A stretch of 63,366 nt of DNA, filler included, from Basidioascus undulatus (GCA_000826855.1; 5 parts of 5 records of this genome joined end to end with filler, not necessarily neighbours in it), one strand, 5' to 3'. Positions 36,722-49,500 are shown, numbered from the whole stretch's first letter. Notes: generated by a model not told the origin, from the sequence alone. Translations and numbers: made by a program.

Positions 36722-37845
36722 AGGTACGTCTGTATCCAGATCACGCGCAAGCCCGTCAGACTCATTTGTGTCGACGTTCTGCAGCGGAGGACCGGGGGCA
36801 GGTTGAGAGGGGGTGTTTGCCGATGCTTGCCGATGCTTGAGAAGTATATCTTGCCTGAACGAATCGAGTTGTTGTGAAATAGCTTAACGTATATCCCCGC
36901 TCAACTTCATAAGCTTACATGATCCCGTTGCCTATGTTTCTGGGTCAATGTCGATCTTGGAAGGCTTCACGGTAGACAGGGTGGGACACCGTTCAATGTT
37001 GGCCTGAACCGCCAAAGTGAGAAATACAGAAACGCCTATACTAAGTCTTCTGCTATCCCATTTAGAGCTTCGAAGCCAGGACGACCCAACGGCGTAGCAT
37101 AACAAGCAACGCCAGTGAAGCCACCTCACGGCATTGCGTTACGCCTGTCAGTGGCGGCGCAAAGCCTGGGGTATGGCTTTTACGCGAGTTTAACAAGAGG
37201 TACAGTAAGGGACACACGAGTCTCAGCGCTAGCTTTCACAGCGTGGCATGCCGCGGAAGACTTCCAACGCTGGACTCCAAAGATATTCGTGAAGTAGGAC
37301 ATTTCAAAGTTGGACAGGTTCATTACAGTAGGGCGTTCATCGTCGAACATGATTGAATTTAAGCCCCAAGAACTGTAGTTTTCCAGCCGTCGGAATACAA
37401 CTGTTCACCTGTGGTATTGCGACCGTGCGGCTGCTCCGTCGGCACGCATGAACAAACTTCTGCCCACACGTGAAAGGGAATCTAACTTCAACTTGAATCG
37501 TTTTTCCCTGTTTCCAACCGACGCTTAAGGGATAGAGGGTCCAAAGCAGCCTACGCCTACGGATCGTTGTGAGAGTGACTTCGCAGTTCGTGCGGTCAAC
37601 GCTCCACCGCCCCTGCAGGAAGGGAAGACCTCGGAATGCGCGTCTCGACTTCCGTTGCTGGCTGTCTGTTGTGCTACCCTGGAAGAGGAAATATTATCGA
37701 TAACATTGCTCTCAAATAAAAGCGCTGGCCACCACACCCTTTGAATCCCCATCCCAGCGGCGTTCTCTGCCGCTCACTCATCCACTCCTTCACCCGCACG
37801 CTCCTTTCGATCGCCACACTATTTAGACAACCCCTTCCACCCAAA

Positions 37846-38009
37846 ATGAAGTTCACCTTCACCACCATGGCCATCGTGGCTCTCTCTGCCTCCTCCATCG
37901 CGTTTCCCCTCCTACAATACGACGCTGCCTCCCCGAGCGTCTCCCGCCGCTGGGCAGCGCAGTCGCTCGTCGCCCGCGCACCCGCCCAGACGGCTCCCAA
38001 GAAGGCTGA
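37846..38009 (+). CDS. Secreted protein, N-terminus only
   Basis: Signal peptide MKFTFTTMAIVALSASSIA, good context aaaATG, pro-region-like SRR and LVAR; cut by the contig end. Confidence 0.7.
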
Positions 38010-38109
38010 NNNNNNNNNNNNNNNNNNNNNNNNNNNNNNNNNNNNNNNNNNNNTTAATTAATTAANNNNNNNNNNNNNNNNNNNNNNNNNNNNNNNNNNN
38101 NNNNNNNNN
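38010..38109. other. Artificial contig linker N44-TTAATTAATTAA-N44
   Basis: Same 100-bp spacer. Confidence 0.98.
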
Positions 38110-38649
38110 CGGCCAGCTCCTGGAAGAGCAGCTTGGCGGCGTAGGGGATCTGTCGAGTCGGACGTGAGCGCGAGTACCGCCACAAAAATGTGTCAAGGTT
38201 TCTCCCTACGTGGATCTGCAAAACTTCTGTTTTGTTGCGGCAAGCGCGGCATTCGAAGGTCCTTTATCAGCAGGGCGATAGCAGTCATGCCGCAGCTGCT
38301 CCCCAGTCATTGTCAGTCCTTGTCAGTGATCCACTTCACGTTACATAAGCGGTGGTACGCGGCGGCACATACAGGTCGTAGACGTGCAGGCGAAGCGTCA
38401 AAGAGACACTCCTTAAGGAAGCCCGCGACACCGTGGGCCATCATGCAGTCGCGTGAGTGTCGAGGCGAGTATCAGCAGCGGCCCATCCGACACTGAATGT
38501 CATCGCACGCACCACCCTCTTTCCAAAAAGCACGCTACCATAGGGAGATCCAGCTTAAACCACTTCGCAATTTCGTTGTCAACTACGCGCGCAAACTATA
38601 AAGGTGTTGGAATGAGGTACGTGCTGGTTCCCTGGTGGCGGTGGTACAT
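38110..38649 (-). pseudogene. Inverted partial duplicate of the RPB2 3' end, introns retained
   Basis: The reverse complement aligns to about 43370-43978. 38110-38261 matches 43828-43978 with only 2 differences; further in there are a 10-bp deletion and many substitutions. Confidence 0.9.
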
Positions 38650-39273
38650 CGCACTGGTCTCACTGTTTTCTGTCGGGCACCGGGGAAACACAGGCCACCA
38701 ACAAATATAATCAACCCTCAGATAAATATATTGGCCTATGCTGAGTTTCGCGAGGACGTTGCATGACTATTACGCACGAAGTGAATGCGACCTTCTTGGG
38801 CACAAGAAAATAGCGGATAGCTTGAAGGGGGTTGTAAGGGCCAGTCTCCTTCTGATGATGATCTATCTTCCAAAACACTTAATTCAGGGTATTCCCACTC
38901 GAGAGCCCAACCTCCTGGAGTGCAAAAAAAAGCCGATGATCAGAGCGTCTTCCTTTCGAGACTTTTCAAATTGCATGGCTAAGCTGCGAGCCACTACAGG
39001 TTAGGTTACGCGGCTTGGGAGATCTCACTCATCTCGCCGCGCGACGTCTTCTGAAGTTGCCGCCGTCTTGCCCATCCTCGCCGTTCTCTCTTTGATCTTC
39101 ACCGCCAGCACCGCGTCTTTGGCCAGACCGAACCTCCGCCACCCAGTGCTACACCCGCCAGCTCTATTCCTCAGCTCGGACGCGCCGAGCTCAGAACCAT
39201 CTTCTGCGCAGAACCAGCCAGCCAGCCTCTTCATCTCCGCCACACACGTCTCCCGACACCTGTTCAGCCCAGC

Positions 39274-42200
39274 ATGAGCATGGAGGACCAGATTAAGACT
39301 GGTACAGAAGCATACTGCTTGCTTTTGGGGCGCACATGGCGCTCACACCGCGCTCTCAGATGACTTCGACGAGGACTTTGGGTTCGGCCTTGGCGACGGC
39401 ATGGACGAGGATGGGGACGCGGGGATCACACAGGAGGACTGCTGGACTGTGCGTTTCAAAGAGTTCCTGGGGAGAAATGCATCAATTTGCTTATTGGGGA
39501 GCTTGGGCAGGTCATCTCCGCCTTCTTCGAGGAGAAGGGCCTCGTGCGCCAGCAGCTCGACTCGTTCGACGAGTTCGTGCAGAACACGATGCAGGAGATC
39601 GTCGAGGAGAACGCGAACCTCACGCTCGACCAGGTCAACCAGCACACGGGGCACCATGGCGACACGACCGTGCGTTCAGACAGCTCGCATAGGAAGATTG
39701 CTCGGTGTTGGGAGGGGGTGCTGATGGAGGGGATCTCGTGCCACCAGAAACGCTACGAGATCACGTTCGGGCAAATCTACCTCTCTCGCCCGACCATGAC
39801 GGAGGCGGATGGGTCGGCGTCGCCCATGTTCCCGCAGGAGGCTCGTTTGCGTAACCTTACGTGCGTGGTGCAATGCGCTGCCAGGTCTAGGCAGGCGTTG
39901 ACCTGACCCTCTGTGGCCACTAGGTACTCGGCGCCGATCTACATCGACATGACGAAGCGCGTGCTGGTACCGGCGGAGGACCCCGAGACGGGCGAGAGCG
40001 GCTGGGCGGAGGACTTGGAGGCGAGGGACGAGCCGGCTGCGGATCCCAACGAGGACCCGAAGCCAGTGAAGGTCTGGATCGGCAAGGTGCGTGCTTTACT
40101 CTTGGATGGAGATGAGGAGAATCATGCTGAAGGTTGAATTCGGGCGGGGCAGGTCCCGATCATGCTGCGGTCTGGCTTCTGCATGCTCAAGCCGCTCGAC
40201 GACATGAGCTTGTATACCGTGAACGAGTGCCCGTATGACCAGGTTCGTTGCTGATACAGGCACAGGCTTCAGGCCGGGACACGCAGCTGATGAGGGTGGC
40301 GCTTCAGGGCGGGTACTTCATCATCAACGGTTCGGAGAAGGTCTTGATCGCCCAGGAGCGTCTCGCGGCGAACCACGTCTACATCTTCGCGAAGGCCGAG
40401 CCTTCGCCCGTCTCCTTTCTCGCCGAGATCCGGTCCGCCGTCGAGAAGGGCGGCAAGACCATCTCGACGATGCAGATCAAAATGTACCGTCGCTCGCAGA
40501 ACAAGGCTGTGCGTCTTCTTTGTGCCGTCTGGCATCCTATGGGCGAAGGATTGTGAGGAGCGGGCAAGGGCTGACTGGCGTTTTGGGTACAGCCGCCCGA
40601 CACCATGCGCGCGACGCTCCCGTACATCAAGAACGAGATCCCCATCGTCGTCGTCTTCCGCGCGCTCGGCATCGTCCCAGACCGCGACGTCCTCGAGCAC
40701 ATCTGCTTCGACCCGAACGACACGCAGATGCTCGACCTGCTCAAGCCGTGTATCGAGGAGGCCTTCGTCATCCAGGACCGCCAAGTAAGCGGGGAAAAAC
40801 ATTACATTTGCCGCAAATGCTAACAGCGGTCTTTTTTCCTCAGGTCGCTCTCGACTTCATCGGCCGTCGCGGTACCCAGACCGGTCTCAGCAAGGACAAG
40901 CGTATCCGCTACGCGCGCGACATTCTGCAGAAGGAGATGCTGCCGCACGTCTCGACGTCCGAGGGCTACGAGACCAAGAAGGCGTGGTTCTTCGGCTACA
41001 TGATCCACCGCCTCGCCCTCGCCCGCATGGAGCGCCGCGAACTCGACGACCGCGACCACTTCGGCAAGAAGCGCCTCGACCTCGGCGGGCCGCTGCTCGC
41101 GAGCTTGTTCCGCATGCTCTTCCGCAAGCTCACGAAGGACGTCTTCCGGTACCTCCAGAAGGTATGCTTGGCTTTCGCCGGTGCTGCCCTGCTTTTGTTT
41201 GACTGTCGACTGATCTCCTGTCCGCGTATCACAGTGTGTCGAGACGCACAAGGAGTTCAACCTCAACTCGGCGGTCAAGCCGAACACGATCACGAACGGC
41301 CTGAAGTACTCGCTCGCGACGGGCAACTGGGGCGACCAGAAGAAGTTCATGCAAGCCAAGGCGGGCGTGTCGCAGGTCCTGAACCGCTACACGTTCGCAT
41401 CGACGCTCTCGCACTTGCGTCGCTGCAACACGCCGATCGGGCGCGACGGCAAGATCGCGAAGCCGCGCCAGCTGCATAACACCCACTGGGGCATGGTCTG
41501 CCCCGCCGAGACGCCCGAGGGGCAGGCGTGCGGTCTCGTCAAGAACCTCGCGCTCATGGCCAACATCTCGGTCGGCACCGCGTCGGCGCCAATCGTCGAG
41601 TTCTTGCAGGAGTGGGGAATGGAGGACCTCGAGGAGTTTTCGGCGCGTACGAGCGGGTACACGAAGATCTTCGTCAACGGCGTCTGGCTCGGCGTCCACC
41701 GCGACGCGAGCGGCCTCGTCAAGACGCTGCGCAAGCTCCGCCGCGGCGGCGACATCGAGGCGGAGGTCTCGATCGTGCGCGACATCCGTGAAAAGGAGCT
41801 CCGGCTCTACACGGACGCGGGTCGCGTCTGCCGTCCCGTCTTCGTCGTCAATGAGGACACGCAGGACCTCGAGCTTAAGAAGAAGCACGTCAACGCGCTG
41901 CAGAACCACCTCGCGGGCGAGGGCACGTTCGGCTGGGGCAAACTGCTCAAGCACGGCATCGTCGAGCTCCTCGACGCCGAGGAGGAGGAGACCTCGATGA
42001 TCTGCATGACGCCCGAGGACCTCGAGCAGTCGCGCACCGGGTACAACCCCCGCGAGACCGAGCCGTTTGACCCCGCCGCGCGCATCAACTCCGCGATGAA
42101 CCCCAACCTCAACACCTGGACGCACTGCGAGATCCACCCCTCAATGATCCTCGGGATCTGCGCCTCTATCATCCCCTTCCCCGACCACAACCAGGTACGC

Positions 42201-44120
42201 TCGCGCTGGACTGCTTGCTCATCGCTGCGCGCTTTTCTCTGACGCTCTGCTTCCCACAGTCGCCGCGTAACACCTACCAGTCCGCCATGGGCAAGCAGGC
42301 GATGGGCATCTACCTCACGAACTTCCAGATTCGGTACCGTTTTGCTCTGCGGTCTCTCCCGACCGATTTTCGACTGACATGCTCTCTTTTCGCAGTATGG
42401 ACACGATGGCCAATATCCTCTACTACCCGCAAAAGCCGCTCGCGACGACGCGTTCAATGGAGTATCTCAAGTTCCGCGAGCTGGTTCGCCCCATTTCAAA
42501 AAACGCTCCCACCCTTAACTGTTGCTGACAGCTCGATACAGCCTGCCGGCCAGAACGCGATCGTCGCGATCCTGTGTTACTCGGGCTACAACCAGGAGGA
42601 CTCGGTCATCATGAACCAGAGCTCGATCGACCGCGGTCTGTTCCGCTCGATCTACTACCGGAGTGCGTCCCTTCCCGTCCCACTCACATTCTTGCGGGGT
42701 CTAGGTGACTGACGCCGGATTGGGCCAGGCTATATGGACACTGAGAAGAAGGTGGGGGCGATTATGATGGAGGAGTTCGAGAAGCCGACGCGCGAGACGA
42801 CGCTTCGGATGAAACACGGCACGTACGACAAGATCGAGGACGATGGCCTCATCGCGCCCGGCACGCGCGTCTCCGGTGAAGACATCATCATCGGCAAGAC
42901 CGCGCCGATCCCGACCGACAGCGAGGAGCTCGGCCAGCGCACGAAGCTGCACACGAAGCGCGACGTCTCGACGCCGCTCAAGAGCACCGAGAACGGCATC
43001 GTCGACCAGGTGCTGATCACGACGAACCAGGAGGGCCTCAAGTTCGTCAAGGTCCGCGTGCGCTCGACGCGCGTGCCGCAGACGGGCGATAAGTTCGCGT
43101 CGCGTCACGGGCAGAAGGGGACAATCGGCATCACCTACCGCACCGAAGACATGCCCTTCACCGCCGACGGCGTCACGCCCGACCTCATCATCAACCCCCA
43201 CGCCATCCCCTCGCGCATGACCATCGGCCACTTGGTCGAGTGTCTGCTCTCGAAAGTCGCGACGCTCAGCGGCTCCGAGGGCGACGCGACGCCGTTCACC
43301 GACCTCACCGTCGAGAGCGTCTCGGCCATCCTCCGCGAGAAGGGCTACCAGAGCCGCGGCCTTGAAGTCATGTACAACGGCCACACCGGCCGCAAGCTCC
43401 AGGCGCAGGTGTACCTCGGCCCGACGTACTACCAGCGCCTGAAGCACATGGTCGACGACAAGATCCACGCGCGCGCGCGCGGTCCAGTCCAGATCCTGAC
43501 GCGCCAGCCGGTCGAAGGTCGTTCGCGTGACGGTGGTTTGCGTTTCGGCGAGATGGAGGTGCGTGTCGTGGACTGTTCGCGTCTGGGCCGCGGCTGACGT
43601 TCGCTTCCCTCGGGCTTGCAGCGCGACTGCATGATCGCCCACGGTGTCGCCGGCTTCCTCAAGGAGCGTCTTTTCGACGCTTCGGACGCTTACCGCCTGC
43701 ACGTCTGCGACCTGTACGTAACGCTGCATGCACACCGCTTACGTAACGCTGGAGGAGCAGGTAACTGACGGGGACTGGGCGGGGGGAGCAGCTGCGGCAT
43801 GACTGCTATCGCCAACCTGAAAAAGCAGACCTTCGAATGCCGCGCTTGCCGCAACAAAACAGAAGTTTCGCAGATCCACGTAGGGAGAAACCTGACACAT
43901 TTTTGTGGCGGTACTCGCGCTCACGTCCGACTCGACAGATCCCCTACGCCGCCAAGCTGCTCTTCCAGGAGCTGGCCGCGATGAAGTGCGTTGTTCTCCA
44001 ATAATCAGCTCTATTTCTGCATTCGAGCTGACTCTGTCCCCCACCCAAAGCATCGCCGTCCGCCTCTACTCCGCTGTCACGACCACGGGCGGGCGCGTTG
44101 ATTCCCCGCTTTCACCTTGA
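39274..44120 (+). CDS. RPB2: RNA polymerase II second-largest subunit, ~17 introns
   Basis: [119 protein letters not shown]. Confidence 0.98.
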
Positions 44121-44550
44121 CCGTCCGCCAGATGCTCAGCACTTGACCCCCCTTGTCTTTGAGTCGTTCGTGCTGGGCATTTACGGCGACCATCGTCTCA
44201 AGATGGAGATGAAGCAGAGGATTCAACGCGCTGTCAGGCTGGCTGGCCAAGAAGCCACGGGCAAAGCGGATCCTCCGCTGGGTTGGCGAGGAGGGCAACC
44301 AGGAACGGGTCTGGCCGGAGTGAGCGTAGCCGGCGTCGTGAGGTATGACGGCTTAACATTGAGGAGTAATGTGTGGCTCAATATATTCCTTCCTTTTAGG
44401 TCTACAGACAGGTGTACGCAACATCTTGTCACAGCATCTGAACGTGACGGGACAGCCTGACAGGCCGCCGCGTCTGAATGAGCGCTGCTCAGCTTTCTTC
44501 AACATATCTCATCTATCCCCAACCCCTACGCCACTGTGGATGCTGGTCCT

Positions 44551-46546
44551 CTACGAAACATTCATCTCTCCTTGGTCCGGCTCAGCTGACGCAGCTACAG
44601 GCTCAATGTAGAAGTCTAAAAACACCCCTCCATAGAATCGATAAGGGTTTGACGTTCTGCCGGCTAGATGCAGCCGATCTCGTAGATGACAGCCTTTTCC
44701 TGATCTCCAATGCAGCGTCCGAAGGTTCGGCGAGGTCCAGGACACCAATGTAACATCCTCAAGCTTTGGAAACCCAGCAAGCAAGGTAAACAGTTTGGCG
44801 CACGGAAGAAGGGGAAGAGAGAATTCTGTCAGAATTCTCCTACGACGCGTGCAGGGGGACGGGATGGGCTAGATAGAAGTGGGACGTGAGAGGTAAACAG
44901 AGACGTGACTGACCTCCGCCTCGTCTTCAATGCAATAGCATAGAACACGAATCTCCAAGGTCCGCAGGTAGAGCAGGACCTTTAAAGGGGTTCCAAGAAT
45001 TCAAGGAGCATGTGGTCAAGAAGGTAAACCCAGAGGTAGAGAGTGTCGAAACGAGCGAGGGAGCGACTGGAGGGTGGCATGGAACTCGGTAGCGTGGCGC
45101 AGGCTCTTTTCGAGTCCGTATGCAGACTCTATGCCCGGCGGAAACACGAACTCGATCCCCTTTAAAGCGTCGTAATACACTTCCTCGAAATCGGTGCCGA
45201 AGATAAGGCAACGAAGAGCCTGTTGCTTCGCTACGAAAGAGGCTAAGCCAGCAAGAAGGAGTCTAGCGTCGTCCCCATGACAGAGGTCTACAGGCCGAAA
45301 GCGGATGTCAAGCTTACGGAGGCTCGAGAAAGCCGGACCAGAAACGAGGGCTGCAGGGATATCCGAATCACAATCGTCGATCAGCTGGAGCTCGACAAGC
45401 GCGTTGCAAATGAACAGGGGGTTGGTGAGTGCGAGCGAGAATTCCTCTGCAGCGGTAGGAGAGACACGCTATAAGAGTAAACGGCGAAGCTGCGACAGAT
45501 CGACGTTTGGGAGCAGTTCCAATCGCAGGATGCTCTCGACGGTGTTTTTGGCATCGCAGCGTCCATTACGATTCCCGTCAACCGAGGTCAAATGTAGAGA
45601 GGGAAAGGGGCTCCCGCAGAGAATGGGAGGGGAGTAGAATGTCAAGAGTTTAAACGTGCACTGGTTGAGCGTCAGGGAGCTCAGAATCTTAGCGGAGCGG
45701 AGGTCGTGGGGCTCGGAAAAATGGCAGTTCCTGCGTAACGTGAGCACAAACGGAATCAGCGCTCACCGTGGAAGGCAGAATGAGGCCGAGGCATTAATGA
45801 ACATAAACGTGATGCTTTGAATGTACGCCAGGCGGGCTTGTAAGGTAACCTAGAGGGTCGGAGGCACGCTGCAGTTCTTGGAGAACCCGTTGCGCCATGT
45901 AAAGTCGCAAATCCCGGGCCCCAAATCGAGCAGCTTGCGCAAGAGTGATAGTGAGTTGGTGCAATCAGTAATTATATTCTCCCATGCCGGCTGCGATCTG
46001 AAGCCTGAGTCAGCGTCGGACTTTGCAAGCCAGCTGACACGGTCGGTACTGACCGTCGATTGGCCCAGTGGTTCAGAGCTGTGGGCTGCTAGCAATTGGG
46101 ATAGAATCCTGGGCTCGAACCAGGTGCCTCCGGTGTCACATACCGGCGCTCTGACACGTGAGCTAAAACTGCCTGTCGTTCGCAGTGGCACCCCAGAGAG
46201 ACTCAAAGACATTTCGACGCACGATCCAGAAGCGCACACTGGGAGGTGCGCACCTACCCGCGCAAATTTAAAGCTCTACCCAGTTGACCTCGACTTTCAG
46301 GAGGCCCCGCAGCAGCACCGGCTTCTAGGTAAAGCGCTATAGACGCGTGAAGTCTTGGAAATCTGTGCGAGGCTCTCGACACGGAGAACAGCGTGTCGAA
46401 CACACGAGGGAGGGCGACACCGTGCATGTTCCGTAAAACGGTGAGCGGAGCGACTGCAATCCAAGCTTCGAGGTCTGCAGGATTGTCCAGTGGTCGGCGA
46501 CGCAGTGCCAAACGTCGAGCGGGAGCGAGTCCGGAATGGGCTGCAT
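44551..46546 (-). pseudogene. F-box / LRR-like pseudogene with several frameshifts and stops
   Basis: MQPIPDSLPLDVWHCVADH continues after a 1-nt frameshift near 46490 as LDNPADLEAWIAV. Downstream LRR-like segments (LSQLRRLLL*, FSSLRKLDIRF, YLRTLEIRV, FPKLEDVTL) are broken by stops at 45850 and 45469 and by frameshifts near 45050. Confidence 0.6.
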
Positions 46547-49500
46547 CTCGAAAGTGATCGAGGGGTGAGGTATCGAGGTGGTGTGAATTCGGGTCAGAAC
46601 GGTCCAGCACAAGGCAAGATAGGCGAGAGGGCGTGAACGTGTGTGTGCGGTGATGGGGCGAGTGAGAAAGGGAGTTGTAGGGTCGGCGACCAACTCAGCT
46701 GCCAGGGAGCCGCGGCGCGTCGATTCAATCTGGCGTCCAGCCTACCGATGCAGTCTGAGCCCGTGTTTATTAATCGCGTTGAGCCAATCGCGTCGAGCGA
46801 CGCGCTCCAAGTCGTAGATTTTTCTCACTATGGCTTTGTTTTCACCCAATGGATGGGTGTTGCTCGTGTCTCCTGTAGGACTTTCAATCATAATCGAAAG
46901 CGGCAGATTCTTGCCCTGCCATAGCCGAACAGCAGAACGGGCCGGTGTGCTTTGTCTGAATATACCAGGGAATCCCAAGCCTAGACACACATAGGGACAA
47001 TAATTTTTTTCCGGTCATTGGGCAAAGCTTGCAGACAGGAAAGTAACAGCGTGAGATATCGTCTTTGCAAGGACGATGCAAGTGTTTGGGGACATTCGTT
47101 CTGTCATAATGCACCTTTCCGCTTACTTGCTTCTGAGCGTTACTGTCCCCATATCTAATGTCAGCGTAGTCGTGAATCTGTTACAACGCCCAATCAAAGC
47201 AGCACCAGGCATCCCTGGTAAGGAAGTCTGCAGCCACTGCACGGTTGCACCTGCAGCCTGACTGTTGTTTGATTTCTTGCTGTAGTCTCGCTCATCTTTA
47301 ACCCTGATCATATCGGTACACATTATGTATAGTGTTTAAAGCATTGTGCACCTTGGGGAAATGCATCATATAGAACCTCTGCCTCATGCGTGTGCACCTT
47401 GTCGTCGAAGTGGAGTTCGTGTTATTGTTGACTCACAGCGATCACTTGACGCACGGACATACAGAGACTTTAGGCTTGATGCTTCAATGTGTGACCTTGG
47501 TACACCAGATCAGATGTGTTGCGCATTCCCCAGTGTGCCACGGTACCGATGCAATGGCGCACTCACTAGGGACTGCGGCATGCCACGTACACTCTCTGTC
47601 CGACAATGGCTGCATGTTGTCGTTTGTCGCAGGGGCAATTGTGCATCAATGGTTTACACTTCTGCTTCCCAAACACAGCCGCCGAACGCACAAAGTGGCT
47701 GGCATGTATAGGGGAGCCCTCTCGGAGTTTAAGAAGCTTTCCCGTGTACCTTCTCAAATCTCAGCACAGAACGTGCTTGCCCGCAACGGCACCAAGGCGA
47801 ACGTTCACCGTACGTACTCTTCGCAGGCTTGCGACAACTCGCCTTTGCAGCCTCATGTGAACTGACGCCCCATCTGTCCTGCAGCTACCTGCACTCACGA
47901 AGCCATCCCATAATGGTATGTTCCCATCCTCGGCAATCATGCATCTTCAGGCCACTGATGCCGCCGAAACTCCCGCGCATGCAGTCCAACCCCCCGCCGT
48001 CCGATGTGCACTAAACCAAAAACAACTCGTAACTGAGGCCAGGACCCCATCCGCGGAGGTGGTAAGCAACCAACTCACCCGTGAGGCGCACATCCCTTCG
48101 CGCACCGATTTCAGACCAAAACTAACGCAACGCTTCGCCCTCAGGCATGCTGCGTCTCTCTTTCCTCCAGTCCGCGTTTATGAACGAGGTGTTCAAGGCG
48201 CATAACCTCACCGAGGTGGGTTGTTCTTCTCGTCGATGTTGAATGAAAGGTGGGCTCAAGCTGACTTTTGGTGTTTGATTATCGTGCCACTTCTTCCAGG
48301 CGCAGCACCGCGCGTTCTGGAAGATTTGTGCCACCTGGGAGGCGGCCGGGATATTGCAACACCTGACAGTATCGAGGACAACGATTGACGGGGCTGGAAT
48401 TTATACAAGTCCCAACTACGAGTGTACGCGCGCGTGTTGTTGTCCTCGCTGCCTCGTATGGGCCAGTGCGTGCTCACACATGTTCGGCCACACGCAGCGA
48501 AGGGGTCAACAATCACCGATTGGCACCAGGCTACAGATAACTTCTAAAAAAGATGCTCTCTTGGGACTCCGGGCAGTGAGCACTGGCACGGCACTACCCG
48601 TTGTACCGACCTGCTCCCCATGCCACTTCCGACTTGACGCCTGCGCCCTGTCTTTGTGCAACCGTGCTCTGATCCGCCGACGTACACACATATCCTGCAT
48701 TTTCAACCTGGTCAACCCTTTGATGTACATCTTCAGGCTGAGAACAGTTTCATACACGGCACGCTCAGTAGCATTGCTTGTCCCACTCACGGCAGCTCTG
48801 CGCAGATCCGCGAGAGGGTCCGCCTAAATATGTCTCCTCGTCCACAGTTGGCTTACGTATGCATGACCATTTTCATGATGTTCTACCTGAGATTTATTAG
48901 CTGATTTCCACGCAAAACAAAGAGCTGGGCCGCCGCTGCAGGCCAGGTGAGGAAGGGAAGGGTGCCCAAGTATCTCACCACGGCTTACCGGGTGTTTGAC
49001 AAGAATAAGCAAACAGGTTCCTTGAATCTTCTGAACTCTTTGAGGAGTATGAAATAGCCAAACTCACTTCTACGCCAGGTCTTTCCAGGTCCTGCCACTG
49101 GCGCTCGACTCGCCGTCGACCTGTGCTGCAGGCTGCTCGACTGCTCAGGTATCTGAGAGGGATTCGAGTTGTTTCACACCTAGGCCTGGATCAGTTTCAC
49201 CTTTTATGTTCAGCTCCATCCAGGTTGAAGTGGACCGAGCAGTGCATGCAATGGAGATTTAGGCCACATCGGCAGGAGCGAGAACCTCGCTCGCTGCCAG
49301 GACTTTCTGACTATTGCTCCGCGGCAATAAATGCAGCGGTTCTTAGAGCGATCCCTCTGTGGACCTCTAGTTACTGCTGAACTGAATACTGTCAGGGCTC
49401 TGGAGGAATGAAGGCCTGGTTGATATCAGAAGGAACGGGTGGTGGGCGAATAGTAGGTACGTCTTTTGAGGAGAGCGTGTGCACCCTCTGTATGTGTAAT

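Noticed and set aside
41229..43735. Long antisense ORFs (302 aa, 344 aa) over RPB2, and similar ones over SEC16, PLC1 and the Est1-family gene
   Set aside because: Shadow ORFs expected from very high GC3 codon bias; no independent motifs.
49271..49298. Small hairpin GGCAG-GAGCGAG-AAC-CTCGCTC-G-CTGCC
   Set aside because: Isolated 12-bp stem with no context; expected by chance in 63 kb of GC-rich DNA.
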